This document shows, piece by piece, positions 1 to 14,253 of a DNA stretch of 64,000 nt (position 1 is the stretch's first letter; each line of letters begins with the position of its first letter). The position numbers were made by a program, and so were the translations under genes. This DNA comes from Phyllobates terribilis (lineage: Eukaryota). The DNA is taken from contig NW_027362767.1 of NCBI RefSeq assembly GCF_046119375.1, positions 137,516,001 through 137,580,000 of the forward strand, read 5' to 3'. The notes under the pieces are model-generated. The model had not been told where the DNA came from. It was given only the letters and a program-made list of their open reading frames with translations, and searched no databases.

Positions 1-730
1 ATATAACTACTATAATATTGCCCCTATGTAGAAGGATATATCTACTATAATACTGCTCTTATGTGCAAGAATATAACTACTATAATACTGCCTCCTATGT
101 ACAAGGATATAACTACTATAATACTGCTCCTATGTACAAGAATATAACTACTATAATACTGCCCCCTATGTACAAGAATATAACTACTATAATACTGCCC
201 CCTATGTACAAGAATATAAGCACTATAATACAGCCCCTATGTACAAGAATATAACTACTATAATACTGCCCCCTATGTACAAGAATATAACTACTATAAT
301 ACTGCCCCCTATGTACAAGAATATAACTACTATAATACTGTCCCCTATGTACAAGAATATAACTACTATAATACTGTCCCCTATGTACAAGAATATAACT
401 ACTATAATACTGCCCCCTATGTACAAGAATATAACTACTATAATACTGCCCCCTATGTACAAGAATATAACTACTATAATACTGCTCCTATGTACAAGAA
501 TATAACTACTATAATACTGCCCCTATGTACAAGAATATAACTACTATAATACTGCTCCCTATGTACAAGAATATAACTACTATAATACTGCCCCCTATGT
601 ATAAGAATATAACTCCTATAATACTGCCCCCTATGTACAAGAATATAACTACTATAATACTGCCCCTATGTACAAGACTATAACTACTATAATACTATCC
701 CCTATGTACAGTAATATAACTACTATAACA
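1..730. repeat. 35-36 bp AT-rich minisatellite (CTATGTACAAGAATATAACTACTATAATACTGCCCC) in a PPOX intron
   Basis: About 20 tandem copies visible; same unit as the 51365-60447 array. Confidence 0.97.
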
Positions 731-756
731 CCACCCTCTATATTTAGGATTGTCAC

Positions 757-1492
757 CTCTTTTCCAAACCGGCGTGAGAAGAAATCATGGATGGTCTCGT
801 CTTCCTTTGATCCTCGAGGGGCTGTTAGGTCCTGGAGGCCGCATAAGAATAGAGGTCTTGAGAATGGGGGGATGGTACGGAGGACACCCCTATAATTACA
901 CAGGACGGTGAATATAGTATTTCCTGTGATGTGACGTAATAGTCAGACATCGGGGGGCGCTCACCCTATACTGGACGGCAGCTTGTGTAGCGACTTGTTG
1001 ACGTAGAGGTAGCGGTTCTTGGCGGCTGGTTGACTCCTTAGCACGGGAAGAAGATCTGCTTCTAGTCCCAGCTCTGAGATCTGCAGGGTGAAAGATGTCA
1101 GACATGGGGGCGCTATAAGAGCTGCAGGGTTGTCACAGTGTACCAATGAGGCAGATTTGGCTGGTGAACGGGGTGGCTGCCATACTGATGCTCTCACCAT
1201 ACTCAGTGTGTTTCTCCCCACCACTCCTCCCGGCCGCATCCCGCGGGGTCCATGTTCAAACACAGCGCCATCTTCAGTCCGTGTGGAGCGCATCCAGCCG
1301 CCGAGCCGGCTGCCGCCCTCCAGTAATATCACCTATGGCGCAAACTATAGAGTCATCAATGGGGAGAAGGTAGTCTAGGACAAAAACGCCCCGGACCTTG
1401 CTTACCTTGGATACTCCGCCATCCTTAACCAGGTGGTAACAAGCGGTCAGTCCGCTGATGCCACCGCCCGCGACCACCACTGTCCTCTGCAT
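757..1492 (-). CDS. PPOX: Protoporphyrinogen oxidase, first four coding exons (gene continues off the left edge)
   Basis: Exons 1492-1406 (87 nt, MQRTVVVAGGGISGLTACYHL, FAD-binding GxGxxG), 1332-1198 (135 nt, VILLEGGSRLGGWMRS...FEHGPRG), 1080-965 (116 nt), 889-757 (133 nt, DETIHDFFSRRFGKE). All GT-AG, frame continuous, sequence resembles human PPOX N-terminus. Confidence 0.95.
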
Positions 1493-1529
1493 CCAGAGAT
1501 CTGCCGCGCCTGTACAGATAAAAGGCTGT

Positions 1530-2398
1530 AATAATGTACAATACACAGGGGTATACAGGAGGGGGTAATAATGTACAGGACACAGGAGTATACAGGAGGG
1601 GGTAATAATGTACAGGACACAGGGGTATACAGGAGGGGGTAATAATGTACAGGTCCCAGGGGTATACAGGAGGGGGTAATAATGTACAGGACACAGGGGT
1701 ATACAGGAGGGGGTAATAATGTACAGGTCCCAGGGGTATACAGGAGGGGGTAATAATGTACAGGACACAGGAGTATACAGGAGGGGGTAATAATGTACAG
1801 GACACAGGAGTATACAGGAGGGGGTAATAATGTACAGGACACAGGAGTATACAGGAGGGGGTAATAATGTACAGGACACAGGAGTATACAGGAGGGGGTA
1901 ATAATGTACAGGACACAGGAGTATACAGGAGGGGGTAATAATGTACAGGTCCCAGGGGTATACAGGAGGGGGTAATAATGTACAGGACACAGGAGTATAC
2001 AGGAGGATGTAATAATGTACAGGACACAGGGGTATACAGGAGGGGGTAATAATGTACAGGACACAGGAGTATACAGGAGGGGGTAATAATGTACAGGACA
2101 CAGGAGTATACAGGAGGGGGTAATAATGTACAGGACACAGGGGTATACAGGAGGGTGTAATAATGTACAGGTCCCAGGGGTATACAGGAGGGTGTAATAA
2201 TGTACAGGTCCCAGGGGTATACAGGAGGGGGTAATAATGTACAGGACACAGGAGTATACAGGAGGGGGTAATAATGTACAGGACACAGGGGTATACAGGA
2301 GGGGGTAATAATGTACAGGACACAGGAGTATACAGGAGGGGGTAATAATGTACAGGACACAGGGATATACAGGAGGGGGTAATAATGTACAGGACACG
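1530..2398. repeat. 37-bp minisatellite (ACAGGAGGGGGTAATAATGTACAGGACACAGGAGTAT), about 23 copies
   Basis: Direct tandem periodicity; ORF track shows a 37-aa repeat (3 units = 111 nt). Confidence 0.95.
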
Positions 2399-2419
2399 GG
2401 CAGGAGGTTCGTGTTCTCA

Positions 2420-2552
2420 GGTTCGGGGAGACCCGGGGTCACTCGGGAACATTCGGGGAGACCCGGAGTCACTCGGGAACATTCGGGGAGACCCGGGGTC
2501 ACTCGGAAACATTCAGGGAGACCCGGAGTCACTCGGGAACATTCGGAGAGAC
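2420..2552. repeat. 30-bp tandem repeat (GGGGAGACCCGGGGTCACTCGGGAACATTC), about 4 copies
   Basis: Visible direct repeats. Confidence 0.85.
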
Positions 2553-3454
2553 TCACCGTCTGTTCACGTTTTGGCTCCTTCAGTGACACTCAGGAGCTCC
2601 TCCCACCACATGCTCAGGAGATGGAGCCAGAGTGGGCGTGGTTGTCATATTATCCAATCACACGTCTTGCTTTGAGTGAATGACAGCAATAAGCAGGAAG
2701 TGTTTAGAATGACCTGATAGGAGAGCACACCTCACGTGATAGTCATACCGCGTGCGTGTGTGATGTTTTAGTGCGCTAGTAATTGACAGATGCGAATGTC
2801 GTTGTTACCCATGGCAACCAATCCAGACGCAGCTTTCATTTAATATCCTGCTCTTAAAAAATGAACACTGTGCTGTGATTGGTTGCTATGGGTGAGCAGC
2901 TCCGTTTCATTAATTTGCCTGGAATTGCTCTTTGTAGGGTCTAGTCTTTGTAAAGGAGGAGATATTAAGAAGTCCCTGAAAATGCAGAGTGTGGGGGTTC
3001 ACATACTTACTAGTAACCAGTGGCTGATGTCCTTATCCTTTTCTCCAGTGCTCCTCATTCTGCAGTAGAAACTAGATAAAGGTCAGCCAAGCCCGCAGAC
3101 GTGGGCGGCCATATATCTGATGTGCACAGGCCCCACAGACGCGGTCGCCAGATAAGGCCTGAGCTGGTTGTGTTTAGTCACCTGGCCCTTTTGTTCTGCA
3201 GCAGATGAGCCGCTCTGGGGGTCCGCAGGGGTAACACGCCAAATTCAATATGTGGTGTAAACAAGCCGCCATCACAGTCCGCTGAAGAAGAAGGCGGCCA
3301 TGCACATGACAGGAGAAGGGAGAAGAACCACTGAGCGAATGGTGACGCAGCCATAGATCATCCAGACCAAAGAAGTCGTCCACCCCGGCCGTGCATGTTC
3401 TGTGATACCAGGTTGCGAGCAAACAACGTGCCTAATGTGGTGCACACCTTTTTA

Positions 3455-4693
3455 GGCTATGTGCCCACGATGCAGATTTGAAGCAGAAATTTCCTGAGCG
3501 TTTTTGTCTCTCCTTGCCAGAAAAAATGCATGCGGTTTTTACATGCGTTTTTTGAAGCGTTTTTGATCATCAATGAATGATTTTTGGAGCTAAATAAAGT
3601 TGGTGAGACATTGCCTAAACCCTTGGATTACCATAAGAACTGGGGTGAGTATATTGGTTCATTTAAATGATTAAATAATGGGTCTGTTGTATTTCAAATA
3701 AAGTGTTTACACTGTGTCTGTGTGTTTATTTACTTTGTTTGGTCATGAAAAGGTCTGATTGACACCTTGACATCACCAAACAAAAGAGCTGGGTGTCAGC
3801 TAATCCCATTCACCCAATCTTCATTAGCATTTCTATTCACATAATTTATGCGACTGCTGTCAGCTGTTTTATTTAGTCTGGGAAGGTGCCAAACATTTTC
3901 TCTGACCATAATTAACATCTCACAGCTGGTTCATTAGCCCCTACGTCTCCCCTCCCCGATCAGTACTCCACAGCCCTTTGGACACAACATATTTATGTTG
4001 CGTCCAAAACGCGTTGTTCTAATGCTGATTGCTGTGGCACTGATCACCTGATGGTCACGCGACCATCAGGTGATCAGTGACGTCACTGCAGGTTTTGGAA
4101 GCACACTGCGGGGCTTGAGCCCGCACCCTGCAGTGTGCAGCGAGCCGCCGATGGGACAGCACCGCCCAGGAGGACACCAGGGGCCGCCAGAGAGGTGACT
4201 ATGAAGGTTTTTTTTTATCATGTTTACTTTTTGACTCATTTTTTTACTGGCTCTGGCACGCGGGCTGGGAGAAGCAGGCTGCCGCTTCTCCCATCCACGC
4301 TGCTCTCACTGTTATCAGCCAGAGCTGCAGTCGGATGAGGGGAGTAGCAGCCTCCTCTCCCGACCCGGGTACCAGCCGCGGCGCGATTCTGGCTCGATTT
4401 TGTGCCTATTGATTTACATTGAAAAGCAACAAATCAGCATGTATAGATATTTTACATGCGGGTTTGCTGCGATTTAATGCAAGATTTCGCCGCAAAATTG
4501 ATCCTAAATTGGTTGTTCTGCGGATTTTTCCGCAATGATAATCTGCTGCGGATATTTCTGCATCATGTGCACAGCACATGCGGATTATCATTTGGTAACC
4601 ATGACAGACCTCATACCAAGCGTTTTTAATGCGTTTCCGTGGCGGAAACACCGCCACGGAATTGCATAAAAACCACATCGTGGGCACACAACC
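3455..4693. mobile_element. Non-autonomous TIR element, Kolobok/T2-MITE-like
   Basis: Termini GGCTATGTGCCCACGATG / CATCGTGGGCACACAACC are inverted; flanks TTTA and TTAT resemble degenerate TTAA; internal palindromes; no ORF. Confidence 0.5.
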
Positions 4694-4779
4694 TTATACT
4701 CCATCTTCGTGGTCAGGCTTCTGACCAATGGTCACATCAGATTCCTGTTCCTGAGGTTTGAGATCATTAAGATGGTGAC
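4694..4779 (+). pseudogene. XCR1-like fragment 1 (TM1-ICL1)
   Basis: ATCTTCGTGGTCAGG...GAGATCATTAAGATGGTGAC aligns to the intact receptor GTCTTCATAGTCAGT...GAGAACATTAAGACGGTGAC (~26830-26906). Confidence 0.75.
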
Positions 4780-5426
4780 TGTCGAAAGAAAAATAAAAAT
4801 CCATACTGATATCTCCAGAGAGGGGACAAATCACCCTCACATTGAATATATGGGATTAAATATAACTGTGAAGCGAGAAAGAGCTCATACTTCAACATCC
4901 ATTGACGAAAGGCCTCCTGCAGTGACCAGGCAATTACCACAGATGATCTGCTCTCAGAACCAGTCACTAACACTGGGATCTATTTACGCAGAGGCGGGGA
5001 AGTGTACTCCTCAGGCCTGAGCTTCCTCTGATCAAAGCACGGTTCTGAGACGTTGTGTAGCCAGTTGTCAGTGATGAATATTGGGGTTTCCATCCATCCA
5101 ATATTTATGGGAGATACATTTTCGGCGTCGTAGCGAGAGGACAAACATAACACATTCACATCACCATAAAGTCGTTCGTTCTAACTCCTCCAACTTAATA
5201 TCGGTCCAGTGGATGGTGTTATCCATGTCATGTTTCACCTCCATGAACAAGTAAAATCGCAATAAGGAAAATTACAACAATATCTACCTCCTGGGACCTC
5301 CAAAGGCAAAGATATTCTGAAAGTTAAGGATCTCATAAAATTCTCACAGACCTAGCACATCCCACAACCAGCCCCCATATGAGCCCACTAATGGGAGGTA
5401 TGAGGGCGTAACCTTTGTCTATATAT

Positions 5427-7014
5427 AAGTATTCAGACCCCTTTAATTTTTTCACTCTTTGTTTCATTGCAGCCATTTGGTAAATTCTAAAAAGTTAATT
5501 TTTTTCTCATTAAAGTACACTCTGCACCCCATTTTGACTGAAAAAAAAACAGAAATGTAGACATTTTTGCAAATTTATTAAAAAAGAAAAACTGAAATAT
5601 CACATGGTCATAAGTATTCAGACCCTTTGCTCAGACACTCATATTTAAGTCACATGCTGTCCATTTCCTTGTGATCCTCCTTGAGATGGTTCTACTCCTT
5701 CATTGGAGTCCAGCTGTGTTTAATTAAACTGATAGGACTTGATTTGGAAAGCCACACACCTGTCTATATAAGACCTCACAGCTCACAGTGCATGTCAGAC
5801 CAAATGAGAATCATAAGCTCAAAGGAACTGCCCAAGGAGCTCAGAGACAGAATTGTGGCAAGACACAGATCTGGCCAAGGTTATAAAAGAATTTCTGCAT
5901 TACTCAAGTTCCTAAGAGCACAGTGGCCTCCATAATCCTTCCTAGACCTGGCCGTCCAGCCAAACTGAGCAATCGTGGGAGAAGAGCCTTGGTGAGAGAG
6001 GTAAAGAAGAACCCCAAGATCACTGTGGCTGAGCTCCAGCGATGCAGTATGGAGATGGGAGAAAGTTCCACAAAGTCAACTATCACTGCAGCCCTCCACC
6101 AGGCGGAGCATTTATGGTAGAGTGGCCCGACGGAAGCCTCTCCTCAGTGCAAGACATATGAAAGCCTGCATAGAGTTTTCTCAAAAACACACAAAGGACT
6201 CCCAGACTATGAGAAATCAGATTCTCTGGTCTGATGAGACGAAGATAGAAATTTTTGGTGATAATTCTAAGCGGTATGTGTGGAGAAAACCAGACACTGC
6301 TCATCACCTGCCCAATACAATCCCAATAGTGAAACATGGTGGTGGCAGCATCATGCTATAGGGGTGATTTTCAGCTGCAAGGACAGGATGACTGGTTGCA
6401 ATTGAAGGAAACATGAACGCGGCCAAGTACAGAGATATCCTGGATGAAAACCTCTCCCAGAGTGCTCTGGACCTCAGACTTGGCCGAAGTTCACCTTCCA
6501 ACAAGACAACGACCCTAAGCACACAGCTAAAATAACAAAGGAGTGGCTTCAGAACAACTCTGTGACCATTCTTGACTGGCCCAGCCAGAGCCCTGACCTA
6601 AACCCAATTGAGCATCTCTAGAGAGACCTGAAAATGGCTGTCCACCAACGTTCACCATCCAACCTGACGGAACTGGAGAGGATCTGCAAGGAAGAATGGC
6701 AGAGGATCCCCAAATCCAGGTGTGAAAAACTTGTTGCTTCATTCCCAAGAAGACTCATGGCTGTACTAGCTCAAAAGGGGGCTTCTACTCAATACTGAGC
6801 AAAGGGTCTGAAGACTTATGACCATGTGATATTTCAGTTTTCCTTTTTAATAAAATTGCAAAAAATTCTACATTTCTGTTTTTTTTCAGTCAAGATGGGG
6901 TGCAGCGTGTACTTTAATGAGAAAAAAAATGAACTTTTTAGAATTTACCAAATGGCTGCAATGAAACAAAGAGTGAAAAATGTAAAAGGGTCTGAATACT
7001 TTCCATACCCACTG
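5427..7014 (+). mobile_element. Tc1-like DNA transposon, decayed, left TIR tip truncated
   Basis: Long inverted repeats (AAGTATTCAGACCC...GGGTCTGAATACTT), right end CACTG|TA; transposase fragments ([38 protein letters not shown]) broken by frameshifts and stops. Confidence 0.92.
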
Positions 7015-7379
7015 TAGTTCTCTGTGAGAGTGTTCTACTCTCCTAATTGAAGCGCTTCCCTCCATAAAGATAAGAGCCATTTCTGCAACATCAGGTTGCG
7101 TGATTCTCTTTCATTATTACTTTTTAATACATGTAATTGTATATACCATATTGTTTTGTTCCCATTTTGTATCATCTTTGTATATATTTTTTTATAAATG
7201 CTGCCTACCTTTCTGGATTAAACATATAAAATGTAATAGGTCTGTTAATCTTGTTCTGTGAACCGCACCCCTGAAGCCATACGCTACCTTTAAGTGGTTC
7301 TTTTTGTTATTGTGGAATTGACAGTGACCATACCGGGGTATAAACAGTTTATTCCATGTATTGGAATCGGAGGTATATA

Positions 7380-9014
<1,635 letters not shown>

Positions 9015-9209
9015 TATACCAATATCTGGCCTAGTAGTGGGAGTAGCCGCGGTCTCGTCCATCACTCGTCAGTCAAGTGTTTAGTTGTCCTGAGGATTGG
9101 AGTCAATGGAGTTGTGTCCCCTCACAAAATGGTGACAGCGGTGAGATCTGCGCGATCTCCCCCTTCTCTTATCTGTGACAAACTAGTGGCAGCAGTTAGA
9201 TCTGCGTGG

Positions 9210-9510
9210 CCAACTTCTTCATCGTCAACCTGGTGCTTTCCAACTTGTTATTCAGCCTCCCACTACCCTTCTGGGGTTACAATCACCATGACCAGTGCAT
9301 ATTTGGAAGGACAACATCCTAAAATGTCAGCCTCCAGGTTCTCCATCTTGTTTTTGACTGTACATGTTCAATAATACCAGACAATGACTGTGCGATCTGT
9401 CTGAGGTGGTGCCCACTTTATTAAATTCCATCTTCATGGTCAGTCTTCTGACCAATGGTCACGTCATATTCCTTCTCTTGAAGTTCGAGATCATTAAGAT
9501 GGTGTCCAAA
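9210..9510 (+). pseudogene. XCR1-like fragment 2 (TM2-TM3 followed by a new TM1)
   Basis: CAACTTCTTCATCGTCAACCTGGTG...CTCCCACTACCCTTCTGGGGTTAC nearly identical to 26907-26976; ends before DRY then restarts at TM1. Confidence 0.85.
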
Positions 9511-10076
9511 TGTCACGCTGTCTCTGTGTACTGGAGGTAGGGGGCCTAAGCTGACCCTAAGCTGGGGCCCTGACTAATCCCTCTACCTGGAGGTACTGTT
9601 AAAGGTACAGAGGTCCAGGCCGCCAGCGTAACCCCTACCTCCTGAGGATCCCTGCACCTAAGTAATCTAGTCCTGAGAAGGACCCCTGATCACAACAAAA
9701 GGGGACAGGTAATAATATGCCCACACTCAGTACTTAGACGAACGAGACAGTACAAGGGTAAAACCAAAACCACCTTGCATACAAAAACTACACAACTACA
9801 ACAGAGGGAACACCAACGGGAAAGGAGATAAATGATAAAGCGAGGAAGGGAAAAAACACTCCAAATACACTTAGCTCTGAAACTCCAAATACCACGATCC
9901 GCTCTGTTAGTCTGCATGAAATGCTTTCACCGACACTTCCCTAACAGACCGGCAGGCATTTGAAGGAGTCCCACTACAGCAGCATTGATTGCAGCTGGGC
10001 GAGGCTGGACCTCATCTAGCACAGAGAGAGAGAGAGTTAACTCCCTCACTGCCGAAAAACACAAAGCACCAAAACC

Positions 10077-13000
10077 TCAGCTGCGAGAAGTCAGGCTGTG
10101 TAATCGTGACGATCTTCGTGGCGACACACCCGTGACAGTACCCCCCCTTCTACGAGGGGCCTCCGGACCCTCAGGGCCAGGTTTATCCGGGTGAGTCGTG
10201 TGGAAGGCCCGAACTAATCGGTCTGCGTTAATATCCGACGCAGGAACCCACATCCTCTCCTCAGGACCATACCCCTTCCAATGAACCAGGTACTGAAGGG
10301 ATCGGCGATTAAAGCGTGAATCGATGACCCTCGATACCTGGAACTCCAAGTTACCATTGACCACCACTGGAGGGGGAGGTAAAGGTGACGGTACCACCGG
10401 CGCCACATACCTCTTAAGCAATGATCTGTGGAACACGTTGTGAATTTTAAACGTAGGGGGGAGGTCAAGACGGAATGCCACCGGATTAATTATAGAACTG
10501 ATTCTGTACGGCCCGATGAACCTGGGACCCAGTTTCCAGGAGGGAACCTTAAGTTTTATATTCCTGGTAGACAACCATACCCGATCGTTCACACTTAGGT
10601 CCGGACCAGACACTCTCCTCCTATCAGCCATACGTTTGTATCGGTTCCCCATAGTATTCAGATTCTTCAGCACCCCTCTCCATACTGAAGCGAGTGATGA
10701 GGAAAATCGTTCCTCCTCAGGAACCCCCGAAGAGCCCCCCCTACTGAAAGTACAAAACTGGGGGTGAAAACCATATGCCCCAAAAAAACGGGGACTTACC
10801 AGTGGACTCGCTCCGCCTATTATTAAGAGCAAACTCTGCCAGAGGTAAGAAAGAAGCCCAGTCCTCCTGGTTCTCTGACACAAAACACCGGAGATATGTC
10901 TCCAAGCTCTGGTTCATACGTTCCGTCTGACCATTGGTCTGAGGATGAAAAGCCGATGAGAACGATAAATGCATCCCCCGCCGTGTACAAAACGCCTTCC
11001 AGAATTTGGACACAAACTGAGACCCCCGATCTGACACCACCTCGGAGGGTACCCCGTGAAGCCTCACAATCTCCCCAATGAACACCTGCGCAAGAGTTTT
11101 AGCATTAGGAAGAGCAGGAAGAGCGATAAAATGTGCCATCTTGCTGAACCTGTCCACTACAACGAGTATGACCGTTTTACCCGAAGACGGAGGGAGGTCC
11201 GTAATAAAGTCCATAGACAGATGAGTCCAAGGACGCTCCGGGATCTTCAAAGGTAAGAGGGCCCCAGACGAACGGGTATGTGAGGTCTTAGAGCGCGCAC
11301 AAACCCCACAGGACGCGACAAAAGTTACCACCTCCTTATGTAAGTTAGGCCACCAAAACCGACGCGAGAGGAGATCCACAGTTGCTTTACTCCCCGGGTG
11401 TCCTGCAAAAACTGAGTTATGGTGTGCCTCGATCACCTTTTGTCGCAACTGATCTGGAACAAACAGTCTTCCCGGAGGTCCAACAGGGGCGTCCCCCTGA
11501 GCCTCCAATACCTCCTCCTCAAGCTCAGAGCATACTGCCGAAACCACCACCCCCTCCTGAAGGATAGGAATCGGGTCGTCCGTATTCCCGGCCCCAGGGA
11601 AACTACGAGATAAGGCATCCGCCTTTACATTTTTTGACCCAGGACGATATGTAACGACAAAATTAAACCTGGTAAAAAACAATGACCCCCTAGCTTGTCT
11701 GGGATTCAGACGTTTCGCGGACTTCAGATATAGCAGGTTCTTGTGATCGGTGATGACGGTGACCGGATGGACTGCCCCCACTAAAAAATGGCGCCACTCC
11801 TCAAAAGCTAACTTAATGGCCAAGAATTCCCTATTGCCGACATCGTAATTCCTCTCAGCGGACGACAATTTTTTAGAGAAAAAGGCGCACGGATGCCACT
11901 TACAAGGGGACGAACCTTGTGACAATACTGCTCCCACCCCTACCTCGGAAGCGTCTACCTCTACAATGAATGGCTGTGACGCATCAGGTTGAATGAGTAT
12001 GGGCGCCGAGGCAAAACATTTTTTCAAGGAGGAGAATGCTTGACAAGCCTTGTCAGACCACCTAGAAAAATCCGTCCCCTTTTTAGTCATGTCTGTGAGA
12101 GGCTTAACCATGGACGAGAAATTACGAATGAACTTCCGGTAATAATTCGCAAACCCCAGGAAACGTTGTAGTGCCTTAAGATTCTCTGGCCGATCCCACT
12201 CAAGAACTGCCCGCACTTTCCCAGGGTCCATACGAAAACCGGACGCTGAAACCAGGAAGCCAAAAAACTGGAGTTCCTGTACGGCGAACACACACTTTTC
12301 CCATTTGGCATACAGTTTATTATCCCGCAAGATCTGTAACACCTGCCTAACGTGCTCCTGATGAGACATCAGATCCGGCGAGTAAATTAAGATATCATCC
12401 AGATATATGACAACAAACTGTCCCACCAGGCGGCGAAAAATGTCATTAACAAAGTGTTGGAACACCGCCGGGGCATTAGTCAGACCGAATGGCATGACAA
12501 GGTTCTCATAATGCCCCTCCGGAGTGTTAAACGCCGTCTTCCACTCATCCCCCTCCTTCATCCTAATCAGATTGTACGCCCCCCTGAGATCCAATTTAGA
12601 GAACCATTTGGCGCCCACGATCTGATTAAAGAGATCGGGAATAAGTGGGAGTGGATACGGATCTCGGACCGTAATCCGATTAAGTTCACGGAAATCCAGG
12701 CAAGGGCGTAGGCCTCCATCTTTCTTCTTAACAAAGAAGAACCCCGCGGCCACCGGTGAAGATGAAGGTCTAATATGCCCCTTAGCCAGACTTTCTGAAA
12801 TATAATCCTTCATGGCCTGCCTCTCAGGACCAGAAAGGTTATACAACCTAGCTTTAGGTAACTTGGCCTCAGGGAGCAGTTTTACAGAACAGTCATACTC
12901 GCGATGAGGAGGTAGTTCCTGACACCCTTTCTCCGAGAATACATCCTCAAAGTCCGCCAGAAATGGAGGTAAGACCCTAGGAGTAACCGCACCGATGACC

Positions 13001-13417
13001 GTATTCATGCAGTTTTTATTACAGAATTTACTCCATTGGCTTATCTCTCTGGATTGCCAATTAATAACCGGGTTATGCTTAGTTAACCAAGGAAGGCCCA
13101 ACACTATAGGAGTGGGAAGACCCTCCAACACGTAGCAAGACAACAGTTCTTTATGTATCGCCCCCACTTGAAGTTTTACGTTATGCACAGCTTGCAAAAA
13201 ACTTCCCTGACCGAGAGGCCTGGCATCTCAATCGCATACCTTGAACCCGGGCAAACCGAGCGTCCACCAGATTAGCCCCGGCCCCACTATCCAGAAGAAC
13301 AGATATCCTCTCAGTTCTCGTACCCACCACCACCTCCGCCGGTACGAGAAACTGAGACGAACCTAGGGACGAAATACCTACTCCCAGATTGCCGTCCACC
13401 ACACAACCTGGGATCAA
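10077..13417 (-). pseudogene. Pol of Gypsy element 1 (PR-RT-RH-IN-chromodomain), frameshifted near 13200 and near 10780
   Basis: Three overlapping ORFs 13417-13181, 13197-10741, 10883-10077 carry consecutive pol domains in different frames. Confidence 0.92.
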
Positions 13418-14253
13418 CAGTTTTCCGACGACTCTTCACTCTGCAAGGGACGGGATGGACACCCCCCAATAAAATGTCCCTTTCTCCCGCAGAAGAAACA
13501 CCTTCCTGTCTTATGGCGCACCACCGGTCCCCTCCCCCGAAATGATGTCCCTCCTAATTGCATAGGCTCCTCTGGACTGACCAGGGGAACCACCATATGA
13601 GGGGACCTTGTAGGAGGTGGAGTCATCACAGGGGGTGGAGTTATCCCGCACCTCTCCCGAAGCCGTCTGTCAATGCGAATAGCAAGGGCCATAGCGGCTT
13701 CCAGTGACGCGGGAGAGTCATACTGTGCCAACACATCCTGTAATTTGTCGGATAAACCTTGACAAAACTGGCTCCTAAGAGCCGGGTCATTCCACTGGGT
13801 GTCAGTGGCCCACCTACGGAACTCCGAACAGAATTCCTCCGCCGGACGATCTCCCTGCTGGATCCTACGTAACTTAGATTCAGCAAGGGAGATCCGATCC
13901 GGGTCATCATATACAAGACCCAGAGCAGCAAAAAACCTATCCACTGACTGGAGAGCCGGGGAGCCCGGGGGAAGAGAGAACGCCCAAGATTGTGGGTCCC
14001 CTTGTAGGAGCGAGATGACAATTCCCACCCTTTGTTCTTCACTCCCCGATGACCGAGGCCGCAGCCGAAAGTACAACTTACATGCCTCCCGGAAAACAAA
14101 AAACTTGTCCCGCCCCCCAGTGAACCTGTCAGGGAGAGCTACTTTAGGTTCTGGTCCGGCTTGCTCCAGAGGATACAAAACCTTGGACCTAACGTCCGCC
14201 AGCTCCATGGACAAACTCTGCAACTGCCGAGCTAGAACGGCTACTGGATCCAT
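13414..14253 (-). CDS. Gag of Gypsy element 1 (279 aa, intact)
   Basis: ORF track; LPDRFTGGR capsid start, CFFCGRKGHFIGGC zinc knuckle. Confidence 0.93.
   Translation of the reverse strand: MDPVAVLARQLQSLSMELADVRSKVLYPLEQAGPEPKVALPDRFTGGRDKFFVFREACKLYFRLRPRSSGSEEQRVGIVISLLQGDPQSWAFSLPPGSPALQSVDRFFAALGLVYDDPDRISLAESKLRRIQQGDRPAEEFCSEFRRWATDTQWNDPALRSQFCQGLSDKLQDVLAQYDSPASLEAAMALAIRIDRRLRERCGITPPPVMTPPPTRSPHMVVPLVSPEEPMQLGGTSFRGRGPVVRHKTGRCFFCGRKGHFIGGCPSRPLQSEESSENC

Noticed and set aside
63-2683. Long ORFs such as MYKNITTIILPP... and SCTLLPPPVY... repeats
   Set aside because: Translations of 35-37 bp and 30 bp minisatellites; only the PPOX exons embedded in them are real.
2804-2818. X-box-like GTTACCCATGGCAAC upstream of PPOX
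   Set aside because: Paired with an inverted copy (GATTGGTTGCTATGGG ~2877-2892), so it looks like the arm of a small palindromic repeat element rather than a dedicated site.
13414-14253. Possible domesticated PEG10/RTL1-like gene
   Set aside because: The gag genes here are flanked by LTRs, PPT and TSDs; they are ordinary retrotransposons.
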